A stretch of DNA of 64,000 bases from Lysobacteraceae bacterium (GTDB lineage Bacteria > Pseudomonadota > Gammaproteobacteria > Xanthomonadales > Xanthomonadaceae), in assembly GCA_035539135.1 (NCBI GenBank), contig DATLJD010000009.1, positions 85,322-149,321 on the forward strand. The letters run 5' to 3'. The notes below the pieces were generated by a model. That model ran no database searches. It had not been told where the DNA came from and saw only the letters and a list, made by a program, of their open reading frames with translations. The position numbers and the translations under genes were made by a program. Positions within the stretch are counted from its first letter, which is position 1. Each line of letters opens with the position of its first letter. This document shows, piece after piece, positions 38,796-52,953 of this stretch.

Positions 38796-40307
38796 ATGAA
38801 CGCAACCGCACGCCCCAGCCAGACCCGCGCCTTCAGCACGGTGTTCCTGATCGAGATGTGGGAGCGCTTCGGCTACTACGGCATGCAGGCGCTGATCGTG
38901 TACTACATGGTCCAGCGCCTGGGCTTCCCGGACGAGCGCGCGGCCCTGGTGTGGGGCGCGGCCGCGGCGCTGATCTACGTGTCGCCGGCGATCGGCGGCT
39001 GGATCGGCGACCGCATCCTAGGCACCCGCCGCACCATGCTGCTCGGCGCCGTGGTGCTGGCGCTGGGCTACGCGCTGATGGTGGTGCCCGGGCAGAGCGT
39101 CTGGTTCCTGTTCTGCGCGCTGGGCGTGATCGTGGTCGGCAACGGCCTGTTCAAGGCCAACGCCGGCAACCTGGTGCGCAAGATCTACGAAGGCGACGAC
39201 TCGCGGATCGACAGCGCGTTCACCATCTACTACATGGCGGTCAACCTCGGCGCGATGATCTCGCAACTGCTGACCCCGTGGCTGAAGGATTACTTCAACG
39301 CCCACTACGGCAACGGCTGGGGCTGGCACATCGCGTTCGCGGTGTGCGCGGTCGGCCTGGTGCTCGGGCTGCTCAACTACGCGGTCATGCGCCTGGCATT
39401 GGCGCACGTCGGCTCCGAGCCGGACGAGCGCCCGGTCGCCTGGAGCAAGCTCGCGCTGGTGCTGGCCGGCGGCGTGGCGACGGTGTTCGTCTCGGCCTAC
39501 ATCCTGCAGCACGAGGCGGTGGCGCGCGCGTTCGTGTGGATCGCCGGCGCGGTGGTGCTGGGCATCTTCGCCTACCTGATCGCGATCGGCCGCCGCGAGG
39601 ACCGCGCCGGGCTGATCGCGGCGCTGGTGCTGACCGTGCAGACGGTCTTCTACTTCATCTTCTACCAGCAGATGTCGACCTCGCTGAACCTGTTCGCGCT
39701 GCGCAACGTGGACCCGGCGTTCCACGTGTTCGGCGTGCACCTGTGGGACTGGTCGCCGGCGCAGTTCCAGGCCTTCAACCCGATCTGGATCTTCATCCTC
39801 AGCCCGGTGCTGGCCTGGGTCTACACCGCGGCCGGCAAGCGCGGCAGGGACCTGTCGATCGCCGCCAAGTTCGCGCTCGGCTTCGCGATCGTCGCGCTCG
39901 GCTTCTTCATCTACGGCGCGGCGGAGCACGTCGCCGACGCGACCGGCCGGGTGTCGTCATGGCTGATGGTGTGGGGCTACGGCGCGATCTCGCTGGGCGA
40001 GCTGCTGGTCAGCGGCCTCGGCCTGGCCATGGTCGCGCGCTACGTGCCGGCCAGCATGGGCGGCTTCATGATGGGCGCCTACTTCGTCGCCTCGGGCGTG
40101 TCGCAGTACCTCGGCGGCGTGGTCGCGTCCTACGCCAGCGTGCCCAGCGACATCACCGACAACCCGATCGCCAGCCTGCCGATCTACACCAGCCTGTTCA
40201 ACAAGCTCGGCATGGCCGCGCTGGTGTGCACGGCGATCGCGTTCGCGGTGCTGCCACTGATGAAGCGGCTGTCGGCGGCGCACCACCAGAGCCGCGCCGG
40301 CGCCTGA
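38796..40307 (+). CDS. POT/PTR2-family di-/tripeptide:H+ symporter (DtpA-like)
   Basis: EMWERFGYYGMQALIVYY, GGWIGDRILGTRRTMLLG, and the GNGLFKAN PTR2 signatures. Start is ATG 38796. Confidence 0.9.
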   Translation: MNATARPSQTRAFSTVFLIEMWERFGYYGMQALIVYYMVQRLGFPDERAALVWGAAAALIYVSPAIGGWIGDRILGTRRTMLLGAVVLALGYALMVVPGQSVWFLFCALGVIVVGNGLFKANAGNLVRKIYEGDDSRIDSAFTIYYMAVNLGAMISQLLTPWLKDYFNAHYGNGWGWHIAFAVCAVGLVLGLLNYAVMRLALAHVGSEPDERPVAWSKLALVLAGGVATVFVSAYILQHEAVARAFVWIAGAVVLGIFAYLIAIGRREDRAGLIAALVLTVQTVFYFIFYQQMSTSLNLFALRNVDPAFHVFGVHLWDWSPAQFQAFNPIWIFILSPVLAWVYTAAGKRGRDLSIAAKFALGFAIVALGFFIYGAAEHVADATGRVSSWLMVWGYGAISLGELLVSGLGLAMVARYVPASMGGFMMGAYFVASGVSQYLGGVVASYASVPSDITDNPIASLPIYTSLFNKLGMAALVCTAIAFAVLPLMKRLSAAHHQSRAGA

Positions 40308-40321
40308 TGACCCGCGGGACG

Positions 40322-40348
40322 GGTGGGGGCGCCGCCCCTGCCCCCACC
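40322..40348. terminator. bidirectional hairpin between convergent POT and purL genes
   Basis: GGTGGGGGC-N9-GCCCCCACC forms a 9-bp perfect stem. Confidence 0.5.
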
Positions 40349-40350
40349 GC

Positions 40351-44286
<3,936 letters not shown>

Positions 44287-44323
44287 CGTGGGGATACCGT
44301 CGGAAACCGGGCCCCCTATTGTA

Positions 44324-44351
44324 GCCGGTCGGAGCCCCTCGCCCGACCGGC
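44324..44351 (-). terminator. hairpin downstream of dsbC, immediately followed by a TACAAT -10-like box for purL
   Basis: GCCGGTCGG (44324-44332) pairs with CCGACCGGC (44343-44351) in a 9-bp stem. The minus-strand TACAAT lies at 44323-44318, 32 nt upstream of the purL GTG. Confidence 0.45.
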
Positions 44352-44359
44352 CCGGCCGA

Positions 44360-45208
44360 TCAGACCCCGCTGGCGGCCCGGCTGACCGGCGGCTTCTCGC
44401 CCTGGGTGGCGAGCCGGTCGAGTTCGGCGCGCAGCTGCGCCGGCGGCACGTAGCCGCCGAGCTGGGTGCCGTCCTCGGCGAGGATCATCGGGGTGCCGGT
44501 CAGGCCCATGCGCTGGCCGAAGGTGTACTGCATCGCGACCGGATTGGTGCACCTGCGCGCAGGCACCGGCCGGTCGTTCTTGGCGTCGGTGAGCGCGCGC
44601 TTGCGGTCCGGCGCGCACCACACCGCCTCCATCTTGCGGAAGTCGTCGCTGCCCAGGCCCATGCGCGGGAAGGCGACGTACTGCACCGCGATGCCCTGCC
44701 TGTTGTACTCGGCGATCTCGCTGTGCAGCTTGCGGCAGTAGCCGCATTCGACGTCGGTGAAGACGGTGACCGTGTACTTCGGGTTGGCGGGGGCGAACAC
44801 GATCCGGTCGGACAGCGGCATCGATTTCATCAGCTCGCGGCGCAGGCCCGCCATCGCGGCCTCGGACAGGTCGCGCTTCGCCGGGATGTCGTACAGCGCG
44901 CCCTGCAGCAGGTAGCGGCCGTCGTCGCTGACATACACCACCTGGCCGCCGACGATGACCTGCTGGAAGCCCTTGAGCGGGGCGGCCTCGATGCGGTCGA
45001 TGCGCAGGTCGGCGTTGACCTGGCGGATGGCGTCGCGGGCGCGCGCGGCGGGCGTGCCGGGGACCACCCTGGGCGCGTCGGCGGCGCCGGCGGCGGCGTC
45101 GCGCGCGGCTTCGGCGCCCGGACGGGCGGCGGTCGCCGGGGTGCTGGTCTGCGCGCAAGCCGCCAGGCTGGCGACGCCGAACAGGGCGAACAGAAGGGGC
45201 TTCAGCAT
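44360..45208 (-). CDS. dsbC: periplasmic thiol:disulfide interchange protein (DsbC/DsbG family)
   Basis: Signal/lipobox-like N-terminus, DsbC dimerisation domain ([15 protein letters not shown]), and a thioredoxin fold with the CGYC active site. Confidence 0.85.
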   Translation of the reverse strand: MLKPLLFALFGVASLAACAQTSTPATAARPGAEAARDAAAGAADAPRVVPGTPAARARDAIRQVNADLRIDRIEAAPLKGFQQVIVGGQVVYVSDDGRYLLQGALYDIPAKRDLSEAAMAGLRRELMKSMPLSDRIVFAPANPKYTVTVFTDVECGYCRKLHSEIAEYNRQGIAVQYVAFPRMGLGSDDFRKMEAVWCAPDRKRALTDAKNDRPVPARRCTNPVAMQYTFGQRMGLTGTPMILAEDGTQLGGYVPPAQLRAELDRLATQGEKPPVSRAASGV

Positions 45209-45315
45209 GACGGCAATCGGCGTGCGGGGGAGGGAAACGCTTGGACCGGCGCGCAGCGGCGTTGGTTCGGCGCGCGGCGATTGTCGCATGGCGGGCCGTG
45301 CCGCCCGCCGCCCGT

Positions 45316-48039
45316 TCAGCCGCCGCGGCGCGCGTCGTTCGCGCCGGCGTCGCGCTGGAACAGCACCGGCGTCGGCCGGTGCAAGGCGAAGCCCTGGCCC
45401 CAGTCCACCCCCAGTCCGCGCAGCAGGCCGACCAACGCGTCGCTGGACACCCACTCGGCGACCACCGCCAGCCCGCGCTGGTGGCCGATGCTGCAGATCG
45501 CCTCCACGATCGAGCGGCTGAGCGTGTCGGTCTCGAGGTCGCGAATGAAGCTGCCGTCGATCTTGATCGTGTCCACCGGCAGGTTCTTCAGGTAGCCGAA
45601 CGAGGACATGCCGGCGCCGAAGTCGTCCAGCGCGATCCGGCAGCCGGCCGCGCGGATGCGCTCGATGAAGCGCATCGCGCGGGCGACGTTGCGCATCGCC
45701 TCGGTCTCGGTGATCTCGAAGCAGACCCGCGACGGTTCCACGCCGTGGCGCCGGATCAGGTCCAGCACGTACTCGGCCAGTCCCTCGTCCTCGAGGCTGG
45801 ACGCGGCGAGGTTGATCGCGCAGCAGCCCGGCGGGCGGCCGCTGGCGTGCAGGCGGTCAAAGTTCGCCAGCGACCGCGCGATCACCCAGCGGTCGATCAG
45901 CGGCATCATCCCGTAGCGCTCGGCGGCGGGCAGGAAGGCGCCCGGCAGCACCACCCGCCCGTCCTCGTCGCGCAGGCGCAGCAGCAGCTCGAGGTGCGGG
46001 CCGGCGGGGTCGGACTGCTGCAGGCCGACCAATTCCTGGTAGTACAGCAGCAGGCGGTTCTCGTCGATCGCCCAGCGCAGGCGGTTGGCCCATTCCATCT
46101 CGCCGCGACGGCGCACGGTCTCGTCGTCCTGCTCGGAATAGACGTGGGCACGGTTGCGGCCGTGGTCCTTGGCGACGTAGCAGGCGGCGTCGGCCTGCGA
46201 GAGCACGTCGGCGAGGGTCAGCCCGGGGCGGTCGAGCAGCACCACGCCGATGCTGGCGCTGATCGTGTAGGAGCGCTGGCGCCAGACGTAGACGTAGCCC
46301 TCGACCCGCGCGCGCAGCCGCTCGGCCAGCGCCTGCGCGCCTTCCAGGCGGGTGTCGTGGGCGAGGATGCCGAATTCGTCGCCCCCCAGGCGGGCGATGA
46401 TGTCGCCGCCGCGCAGCTGCTCGCCCATCGCCAGCGCGAGCTGGCTCAGCAGCTGGTCGCCGGCGAGGTGGCCGGAGGTGTCGTTGATCAGCTTGAACTG
46501 GTCGAGGTCGATGTACAGCAGCGCCGCCGGTGGGCCGTCCTTGTTCAGCGCGTACAGCGCGCGCTGCACGTGGCGCTCGAACTCGCGGCGGTTGTACAGC
46601 TCGGTCAGGCTGTCGTGGCTGGCCTGGTAACTGAGCAGCTCGGTCAGCTGGCGTTGCTCGGAGATGTCGGTGGCGACCATCAGCAGCCGTTCCTGGCCGG
46701 CCACGCGCACCCGCGACACCGAGGTCGAGGCCCAGAAGCGGTCGCCGTTGAGCGAGACCAGCATCGCCTCGACGTTGCTCCAGGTGGCCACGCCGCCGCG
46801 CTGCTGCAGGCGCCGGTGCAGCGCCTCGTCCTCGAACAGCGCGCCCAGGGTGCCGCCCTCGACCTCCGCGCCCAGCCGCGCGCTCGCCGCCTCGTTGGCA
46901 TAGACGATGCGGCCGTCGTCGGCCTGCGCCATCAGCACCAGCGCCGGCAACAGTTCGTTCAGGGTGCGGAAGCGCGCCTCGCTTTCGCGGAAGCGCGCGC
47001 TCATCTGCCAGCCCAGCGCCAGCGCCCGCCGGCGGGTGTTCGCGACCGACCACAACAGCAGCGCGAGCAGCACGCTGGCAATGACACCCCCGATGCCGAA
47101 CGCCCACAGCAGCGGGCCGCCGTGCGCATGCGCGCGCGGCTCCAGGGTCAACTGCCATCGGCGGCCGCCGAAAGCGACCGTGCCGTTGTAACGCTCGCTG
47201 CCGCCGGGCTCGGCGCCGGCATCGAACAGCAGCTGGTTCTCGTCGGTGGCATCGACCACGCGCACCCGGTACGCGTCCAGCACCCCGGGGGGAAAGGCCT
47301 GCTGCAGGAACGGTCGCAGGCGCAGGCTCATCGCCAGCGCGCCCGCCTCGCGCGCGCGACGCTCGGCCGGGCTGGCGGGGTCGCTGCCGGGGGTGAACAC
47401 CGGCAGCCGCACGACCACGCCGTCGTCGTCGCCGTCGCCGCCGACGCCGGGCTGGCGCAGCCGGAAGGGCGCCGACAGCACCGGTTCGTCGCTGTCGCGC
47501 GCGCGCATCAGGGCGGCCAGGTTGCGCGGCTGCGACCCGACATCCAGCCCCAGCAGGATGCGATTGGCCAGCGCCGGCGCGACCCGGGTGTAGCGATAAT
47601 GCGGCCGCCCGGCCGGATCGACGCTGCGCGGCGCGTAGGCGATCGCCACCAGGCTGGGCACGTTGCGCGAGGGCTCGAGGTTGGCGACCAGGCCCTCGAA
47701 CCGTTCCTCGTCGATGTCGCCGGAGGCGAAGTAGGCCGACTGTACCGAGCGCAACAGCAGGCCCGCGGCGTCCAGCCGGCGCTCGATCTGCGCCACCGCG
47801 ACACGGAGCGTCGCCGCATGCTGCCGGCGCGCGTCGCGATCCAGGTTGTGCGCCTCCACCAGCAACAGCACGCCGGTCGCGAGCAGGCCCAGCAGCAGTC
47901 CGCCGAGCGCCCACGCCCAGGCCGGCAGGCCGAACAGCGGCGCGGCCTGCGGCGGCGGCGGTTCCGGCGCCACCACGGGGTTTCCGGCAGAATGCGGCGT
48001 CTCTCCCACGGGCTCCCCGCTGATGCTCCCCCCCGCCAT
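45316..48039 (-). CDS. membrane CHASE-PAS-GGDEF-EAL signalling protein (c-di-GMP turnover)
   Basis: TM segment, periplasmic CHASE-like region, TM segment, PAS, GGDEF (RLGGDEFGIL), and an EAL domain (ELLLR, DDFGAG, KIDGSF, QGF). The start is uncertain because ATG 48039 overlaps the pepQ start region; in-frame GTGs lie downstream. Confidence 0.85.
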   Translation of the reverse strand: MAGGSISGEPVGETPHSAGNPVVAPEPPPPQAAPLFGLPAWAWALGGLLLGLLATGVLLLVEAHNLDRDARRQHAATLRVAVAQIERRLDAAGLLLRSVQSAYFASGDIDEERFEGLVANLEPSRNVPSLVAIAYAPRSVDPAGRPHYRYTRVAPALANRILLGLDVGSQPRNLAALMRARDSDEPVLSAPFRLRQPGVGGDGDDDGVVVRLPVFTPGSDPASPAERRAREAGALAMSLRLRPFLQQAFPPGVLDAYRVRVVDATDENQLLFDAGAEPGGSERYNGTVAFGGRRWQLTLEPRAHAHGGPLLWAFGIGGVIASVLLALLLWSVANTRRRALALGWQMSARFRESEARFRTLNELLPALVLMAQADDGRIVYANEAASARLGAEVEGGTLGALFEDEALHRRLQQRGGVATWSNVEAMLVSLNGDRFWASTSVSRVRVAGQERLLMVATDISEQRQLTELLSYQASHDSLTELYNRREFERHVQRALYALNKDGPPAALLYIDLDQFKLINDTSGHLAGDQLLSQLALAMGEQLRGGDIIARLGGDEFGILAHDTRLEGAQALAERLRARVEGYVYVWRQRSYTISASIGVVLLDRPGLTLADVLSQADAACYVAKDHGRNRAHVYSEQDDETVRRRGEMEWANRLRWAIDENRLLLYYQELVGLQQSDPAGPHLELLLRLRDEDGRVVLPGAFLPAAERYGMMPLIDRWVIARSLANFDRLHASGRPPGCCAINLAASSLEDEGLAEYVLDLIRRHGVEPSRVCFEITETEAMRNVARAMRFIERIRAAGCRIALDDFGAGMSSFGYLKNLPVDTIKIDGSFIRDLETDTLSRSIVEAICSIGHQRGLAVVAEWVSSDALVGLLRGLGVDWGQGFALHRPTPVLFQRDAGANDARRGG

Positions 48040-49345
48040 CCTATATGCCGATCATCTCCGCGTGTTGCAGGACCGCGCCGACGCGGCGCTCGCGCGCGGC
48101 GGCCTCGAACATCTTGTGGTGCCGAGCGGGACCCTGCACTACCAGGCGTTCGACGACCGTGATTACCCGTACGCGGTCAATCCGCAGTTCAAGGCCTGGG
48201 CGCCGCTGACCCGGACCCCGGGCAGCTGGCTGGTGCACACCCCCGGCGCGCGGCCGAAGCTGATCTACCTGCAACCGTTCGACTACTGGCACGTGGTGCC
48301 GCAGGCGCCGTCGGGCTACTGGACGCCGCTGTTCGACATCGTCGTGATCCGCAAGCCGGAGGAGGCACTGGCGCACCTGCCCGCCGACCCGGCGCGCTGC
48401 GCGATCCTCGGCGAGCCGCAATCGGCGCTGGGCGCCTTCGTGCCGAACAACCCGCCGGCGGTGCTCGCCTACCTGGAGTACCACCGCGCGTTCAAGACGC
48501 CCTACGAACTGGCGATGATGCGCGAGGCGACCCGCACCGGCGTGCGCGCGCACCGCGCCGCCGAGCGCGCGTTCCGGGCCGGCGCCAGCGAGTTCGGCAT
48601 CCACCTGGTCTACTGCCAGGCCGCCGGCCAGGACAGCGACGAGCTGCCCTACGGCAACATCGTCGCCCTCAACGAGCACGGCGCGGTGCTGCACTACATG
48701 GACCGCGACCGCTACCCGCCATTGCAGCGGCGCAGCCTGCTGATCGACGCCGGCGCCTCGCACGGCGGCTACGCGTGCGACATCACCCGCACCTACGCGG
48801 CGGACTCCGCCAGCGAGTTCCAGGCGCTCATCGACGCGGTCGACGCCGCGCAGCAGCGCATGTGCGCGCAGGTCCGCGCGGGCACCGACTACCGCCAGCT
48901 GCACCTGGACGCGCACCTCGCCCTGGCCGGCGTGTTGCGCGACTTCGGCTTCATCACGGTGTCGCCGGAAGCGGCGGTCGCGACCGGCGTCAGCAGCGCG
49001 TTCTTCCCGCACGGCATCGGCCACGGCATCGGCCTGCAGGTGCACGAGGTCGCCGGTTTCGCCGCCAGCGACGCCGGCGGCACCATCGACAAGCCGCCGG
49101 GCCATCCCTACCTGCGCCTGACCCGCGTGCTCGAACCGGGCATGGTGGTGACCATCGAGCCGGGCCTGTACTTCATCGACATGCTGTTGCAGAAGCTGCG
49201 CGAGGACGGCCACGCCGACGCGGTGGACTGGGCGCGGGTGGACGCCTTCCGCCCCTACGGCGGCATCCGCATCGAGGACGACGTCGCCTGCACCGAAGGC
49301 GACCCGGAAAACCTCACGCGCGACGCGTTCGCGACGATCGCCTGA
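48023..49345 (+). CDS. pepQ: Xaa-Pro dipeptidase
   Basis: The N-terminus LYADHLRVLQDRADAAL parallels E. coli PepQ. M24B metal ligands are present (DAGA..GGYACDITRT, HGIGHGIGLQVHE, EPG.Y, IRIEDD). Confidence 0.9.
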   Translation: MLPPAILYADHLRVLQDRADAALARGGLEHLVVPSGTLHYQAFDDRDYPYAVNPQFKAWAPLTRTPGSWLVHTPGARPKLIYLQPFDYWHVVPQAPSGYWTPLFDIVVIRKPEEALAHLPADPARCAILGEPQSALGAFVPNNPPAVLAYLEYHRAFKTPYELAMMREATRTGVRAHRAAERAFRAGASEFGIHLVYCQAAGQDSDELPYGNIVALNEHGAVLHYMDRDRYPPLQRRSLLIDAGASHGGYACDITRTYAADSASEFQALIDAVDAAQQRMCAQVRAGTDYRQLHLDAHLALAGVLRDFGFITVSPEAAVATGVSSAFFPHGIGHGIGLQVHEVAGFAASDAGGTIDKPPGHPYLRLTRVLEPGMVVTIEPGLYFIDMLLQKLREDGHADAVDWARVDAFRPYGGIRIEDDVACTEGDPENLTRDAFATIA

Positions 49346-49367
49346 GCACGCACCCGAGGCCTGGACC

Positions 49368-49847
49368 ATGAACGCCACCGCCGAGCGCCCGATCGACCGC
49401 TGGTTCGCCCACTACTCGGACGACCACCGCAATCCGCTCAACCAGAAGATCCACGTGGTCGCGGTGCCGCTGATCCTGTGGAGCGTGACCGCGCTGCTGT
49501 GGTGCATCCCGGTGACCGGCAGCTGGTTCCGCGCCGGACTGTGGTCGGCGCTGGCGATGTTCTTCGCGTGGGCATTCTATTACCGCGCCTCGCGCCGGCT
49601 CGGACTGGGCATGCTGGTGGTGTTCGTCGCCTGCGCCTGGCTCAACCGCGCACTGCACGACGCGCTCGGCACGATCGTATTGATGGAGATCGCGATGGCG
49701 GTATTCGTGCTGGCCTGGATCGCGCAGTTCGTCGGGCACAAGGTCGAAGGGCGCAAGCCCAGCTTCCTGACGGACCTGACTTACCTGCTGATCGGGCCGG
49801 CCTGGGTGCTGGCGAAGCTGTACCGGCGCCTGGGCTGGGGCTGGTAG
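49368..49847 (+). CDS. DUF962 (Mpo1/YGL010w-like) membrane protein
   Basis: YSDDHRNPLNQKIHVVAVP and WIAQFVGHKVEGRKPSF are the two conserved His-containing motifs of this family. Confidence 0.8.
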   Translation: MNATAERPIDRWFAHYSDDHRNPLNQKIHVVAVPLILWSVTALLWCIPVTGSWFRAGLWSALAMFFAWAFYYRASRRLGLGMLVVFVACAWLNRALHDALGTIVLMEIAMAVFVLAWIAQFVGHKVEGRKPSFLTDLTYLLIGPAWVLAKLYRRLGWGW

Positions 49848-49931
49848 TCGTCCGCGCGGCGGCACCCGCCCATTCGTTCCCGCGTCGCGCCCCTGCCCGC
49901 AAGCTGGCGCGCCACCCGCGTCCCCGAGCCG

Positions 49932-50834
49932 ATGCCACGCCATACGCTGCCGCCGCGCGACCTCGCCATCGCCCTGTTGATCTGCCTGGTGTGGGCGGGC
50001 AACTTCCTCACCTCGGCCTTCGCCCTGCGCGAGATCCCGCCGCTGTTGTTCACCGCGGTGCGGCTGGCGATCCTGGTGCTGGCGCTGGGGTTCTTCGTCA
50101 AGGCGCCGCCGCGCGGGCAGTGGCCGCGGCTGGTCGCGGTGGCGGTGTGCAACGGCGTGCTGCACTTCGGCCTGAGCTTCTGGTCGCTGCAGTTGGCCGG
50201 CGACCTCGCCTCGCCCGCGATCGTGATGCAAAGCTACGTGCCGATGGCGGCGCTGCTGGCGTGGTGGTGGCTGGGCGAGCGCTTTGGCTGGCGCACCGGG
50301 CTGGCGATCGCGGTGAGCTTCGCCGGCGTACTGGTGCTGGGCTTCGATCCGCTGGTGCTGGACGCGCCGGCGTCGCTGCTGCTGATGCTGGTGTCGGCCT
50401 TCTTCCTCGCCGCCGGCACCGTGCTGATGCGGCCGCTGAAGGGGCTGGACATGGTCAGCCAGCAGGGCTGGACCGCGATCATCGGCCTGCTGCCGCTGCT
50501 GGCGCTGAGCTTCGCGCTCGAGCCGCAGGGCCTGCATGCGTTGCGCAGCGCCAGCTGGGTCGGCTGGGGCGGCGCGGTGTATTCGGCGGTGTTCTCATCG
50601 CTGCTCGGGCACGGCCTGTACTACGTGCTGGTGCAGCGGCATCCGGTCGCGCAGGTGACGCCGTGGCTGTTGCTGTCGCCGGTGCTGGCGATCCTGCTGG
50701 GGATGCTGTTCTGGGGCGACCGGCCAGGACCGCAGTTGTGGCTCGGCGGCGCGATGGTGCTGGGCGGGGTGCTGATCATCGCCCTGCGCGCGCTGGCCAA
50801 GGCGCGGCCGCTGCCGCCGGCGGAAGAACTGTAG
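49932..50834 (+). CDS. EamA/DMT superfamily transporter
   Basis: 10 TM helices arranged as two EamA repeats. Confidence 0.8.
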   Translation: MPRHTLPPRDLAIALLICLVWAGNFLTSAFALREIPPLLFTAVRLAILVLALGFFVKAPPRGQWPRLVAVAVCNGVLHFGLSFWSLQLAGDLASPAIVMQSYVPMAALLAWWWLGERFGWRTGLAIAVSFAGVLVLGFDPLVLDAPASLLLMLVSAFFLAAGTVLMRPLKGLDMVSQQGWTAIIGLLPLLALSFALEPQGLHALRSASWVGWGGAVYSAVFSSLLGHGLYYVLVQRHPVAQVTPWLLLSPVLAILLGMLFWGDRPGPQLWLGGAMVLGGVLIIALRALAKARPLPPAEEL

Positions 50835-50841
50835 GCGCGCC

Positions 50842-51690
50842 TCAGCCGAACATGCCGGCGTCCGGCCGGAACGCGCGCGGCGCGTAACCGAACGCGGCGC
50901 GCGCCGGCGCCGGGTCGAACACCAGGTCCTCGCGCATGCGCGCGAGCGCGGCGTCGCCGAGGCCGCGCAATCCCGCCACGCGCGCGCCGGCGAGCAGCAG
51001 CGCGAACAGCGGCGCCGGCACCTCGAGCAGGCGCGCCGGGGGCTCGAGCACAGCCAGCACGCGCGCGACCATCTCGCGGTAGGGCAGCACCTCGCCGCCC
51101 GGCAGGTCGAAGCCGCCGCGCGCGCCGGCGGCGCAGGCCGCGAGCGCCGCGGCGGCGAGGTCGTCCACGTGCACCGGCGCGCGCAGGCCGACCGCGCCGC
51201 GTGGCAGCACGAAGCGGCCCCAACGCCGCGCCAGCGCGGCGATCCGGCTCAGGGTGCGATCGGCGCCGCCGCCGTAGACCAGGGTCGGCCGCAGCACGGC
51301 CGCGGCGGCGCCGCGCGCCTGCGCGGCGGCGAACAGCGCGCGCTCACCCTCCGCCAGGCGCGCGGCGACGTCGCGCTCAGCCGGGTCGCGCGAGTCGCGC
51401 TTGACGTGCACGCTGGTGGAGCCGAAGGCCACGACACGCTCCGCGGTGATGCCGGCGTGCGCGTACCAGTGGGCAAACGCGTCCAGCGGACCGCAGCTGA
51501 AGATCGCGTCGACCGTCGCCGGCAAGCCATCGCAGGCCGCCAGGTCGCCGCGCAGCCAGCGCACGCCGTCGAACGTCGCCCGCGGTTGCCGCGACACCGC
51601 ATCGACCATCCAGCCATCAGCGCGCAGGCGCGCCAGCAGCGGGCGCCCGATCTGCCCGCTGGCGCCGAACACCAGCGCGCGCCGGCTCAC
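50842..51690 (-). CDS. NAD(P)-dependent epimerase/dehydratase-family (extended SDR) protein
   Basis: Rossmann motif LVFGASGQIGRPL. GTG 51690 overlaps the nhaA stop (GTGA). Confidence 0.7.
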   Translation of the reverse strand: MSRRALVFGASGQIGRPLLARLRADGWMVDAVSRQPRATFDGVRWLRGDLAACDGLPATVDAIFSCGPLDAFAHWYAHAGITAERVVAFGSTSVHVKRDSRDPAERDVAARLAEGERALFAAAQARGAAAAVLRPTLVYGGGADRTLSRIAALARRWGRFVLPRGAVGLRAPVHVDDLAAAALAACAAGARGGFDLPGGEVLPYREMVARVLAVLEPPARLLEVPAPLFALLLAGARVAGLRGLGDAALARMREDLVFDPAPARAAFGYAPRAFRPDAGMFG

Positions 51691-52922
51691 GCCCGCGCCC
51701 GCGCCGGAAGCACCGCCCGCAGCCATGCGTAGCCGAGCAGCGCCGACACCAGCGAGCCGCCGAGCACGCCCAGCACCGCCTCCTCGTAGGGCAGTCCGGT
51801 GTAAGCCAGCGAGGCGATGAACAGACTCATGGTGAAACCGATCCCGCACAGCACGCCCATGCCCAGCAGCGCGCGCAGGTCCATGCCGTCGGGCAGGCGC
51901 GCCCAGCCGAGCGCGCGCAGGCCGAGCGCGGCCCCGACGATGCCGACCGGCTTGCCGAGGATCAGGCCGAGCGCGATCCCCAGCGGCAGCGCCGCCACCA
52001 TGTCGCCGGCCTCGAGTTCGCCCAGCGCGAGGCCGGCGTTGGCGAACGCGAACACCGGCAGGATCAGGTAGGCGACCCACGGGTGCAGCGCATGCTCCAG
52101 GTGTTCCAGCGGCGAGTGCTCGACCTCGTCGGGCGTGTCGTTGCGCGGGTCCACGTGCGGGATCAGCAGGCCGGTGGCGACGCCCGCCAGGGTCGCGTGC
52201 ACGCCCGACTTCAGCACGCACACCCACAGCACCGCGCCCAGCAGCAGGTAGGGCGTGAGTGCGGTGACGCGGCGCCGGTTGAGCCAGGCCATGCCGGCGA
52301 GCGCGACCGCCGCCCAGCCCAGCGCGACGAAGGACAGGCCCTCGGAATAGAACACCGCGATGATCAGGATCGCGATCAGGTCGTCGACCACCGCGATCGT
52401 CGCCAGCAACAGCTTCATGCCATGCGGCACCCGCGAGCCGAGCAGCGACAGCACGCCGAGCGCGAACGCGATGTCGGTCGCGGTCGGCACCGCCCAGCCG
52501 CGCATCGCGCCGGCGTCGCCACGGTTGAGCGCGGCGAAGATCAGCGCCGGCACCGCGACCCCGGCGCTGGCGCAGACCAGCGGCAGCACCAGGCGGTCGC
52601 GCCCGGCCAGCTGTCCGGTGAGCGTCTCGCGCTTGATCTCCAGCGCGACCAGCAGGAAGAAGATCGCCATCAGGCCGTCGTTGATCCACAGCAACGCGGG
52701 CTTGGCGATGCGCCACTGGCCGAACGCGACCATGACCGGCAGTTCGCGGAAGGCGTCGTAGAACTCCTCGAGCTGCGGCACGTTGGCGCACACCAGCGCC
52801 AGCGCGGCGGCCAGGATCAGCAGGATGCCGCCGGCCGCTTCCAGCCGCAGGAACTCGAGCAGCGCGTGCAACGCGCGCTCGGGCAACCGCATCGCCGCGC
52901 GCGCGAGGGGAGGCGTGTTCAT
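51687..52922 (-). CDS. nhaA: Na+/H+ antiporter NhaA
   Basis: WINDGLMAIFFLLVALEIKRE, PTATDIAFALGVL, and AVVDDLIAILIIAVFY are the NhaA hallmark segments, including the DD pair. Start is ATG 52922. Confidence 0.93.
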   Translation of the reverse strand: MNTPPLARAAMRLPERALHALLEFLRLEAAGGILLILAAALALVCANVPQLEEFYDAFRELPVMVAFGQWRIAKPALLWINDGLMAIFFLLVALEIKRETLTGQLAGRDRLVLPLVCASAGVAVPALIFAALNRGDAGAMRGWAVPTATDIAFALGVLSLLGSRVPHGMKLLLATIAVVDDLIAILIIAVFYSEGLSFVALGWAAVALAGMAWLNRRRVTALTPYLLLGAVLWVCVLKSGVHATLAGVATGLLIPHVDPRNDTPDEVEHSPLEHLEHALHPWVAYLILPVFAFANAGLALGELEAGDMVAALPLGIALGLILGKPVGIVGAALGLRALGWARLPDGMDLRALLGMGVLCGIGFTMSLFIASLAYTGLPYEEAVLGVLGGSLVSALLGYAWLRAVLPARARA

Positions 52923-52953
52923 CCGCGCGAGTCTAGCAAGCGCCGAGCGCCGG

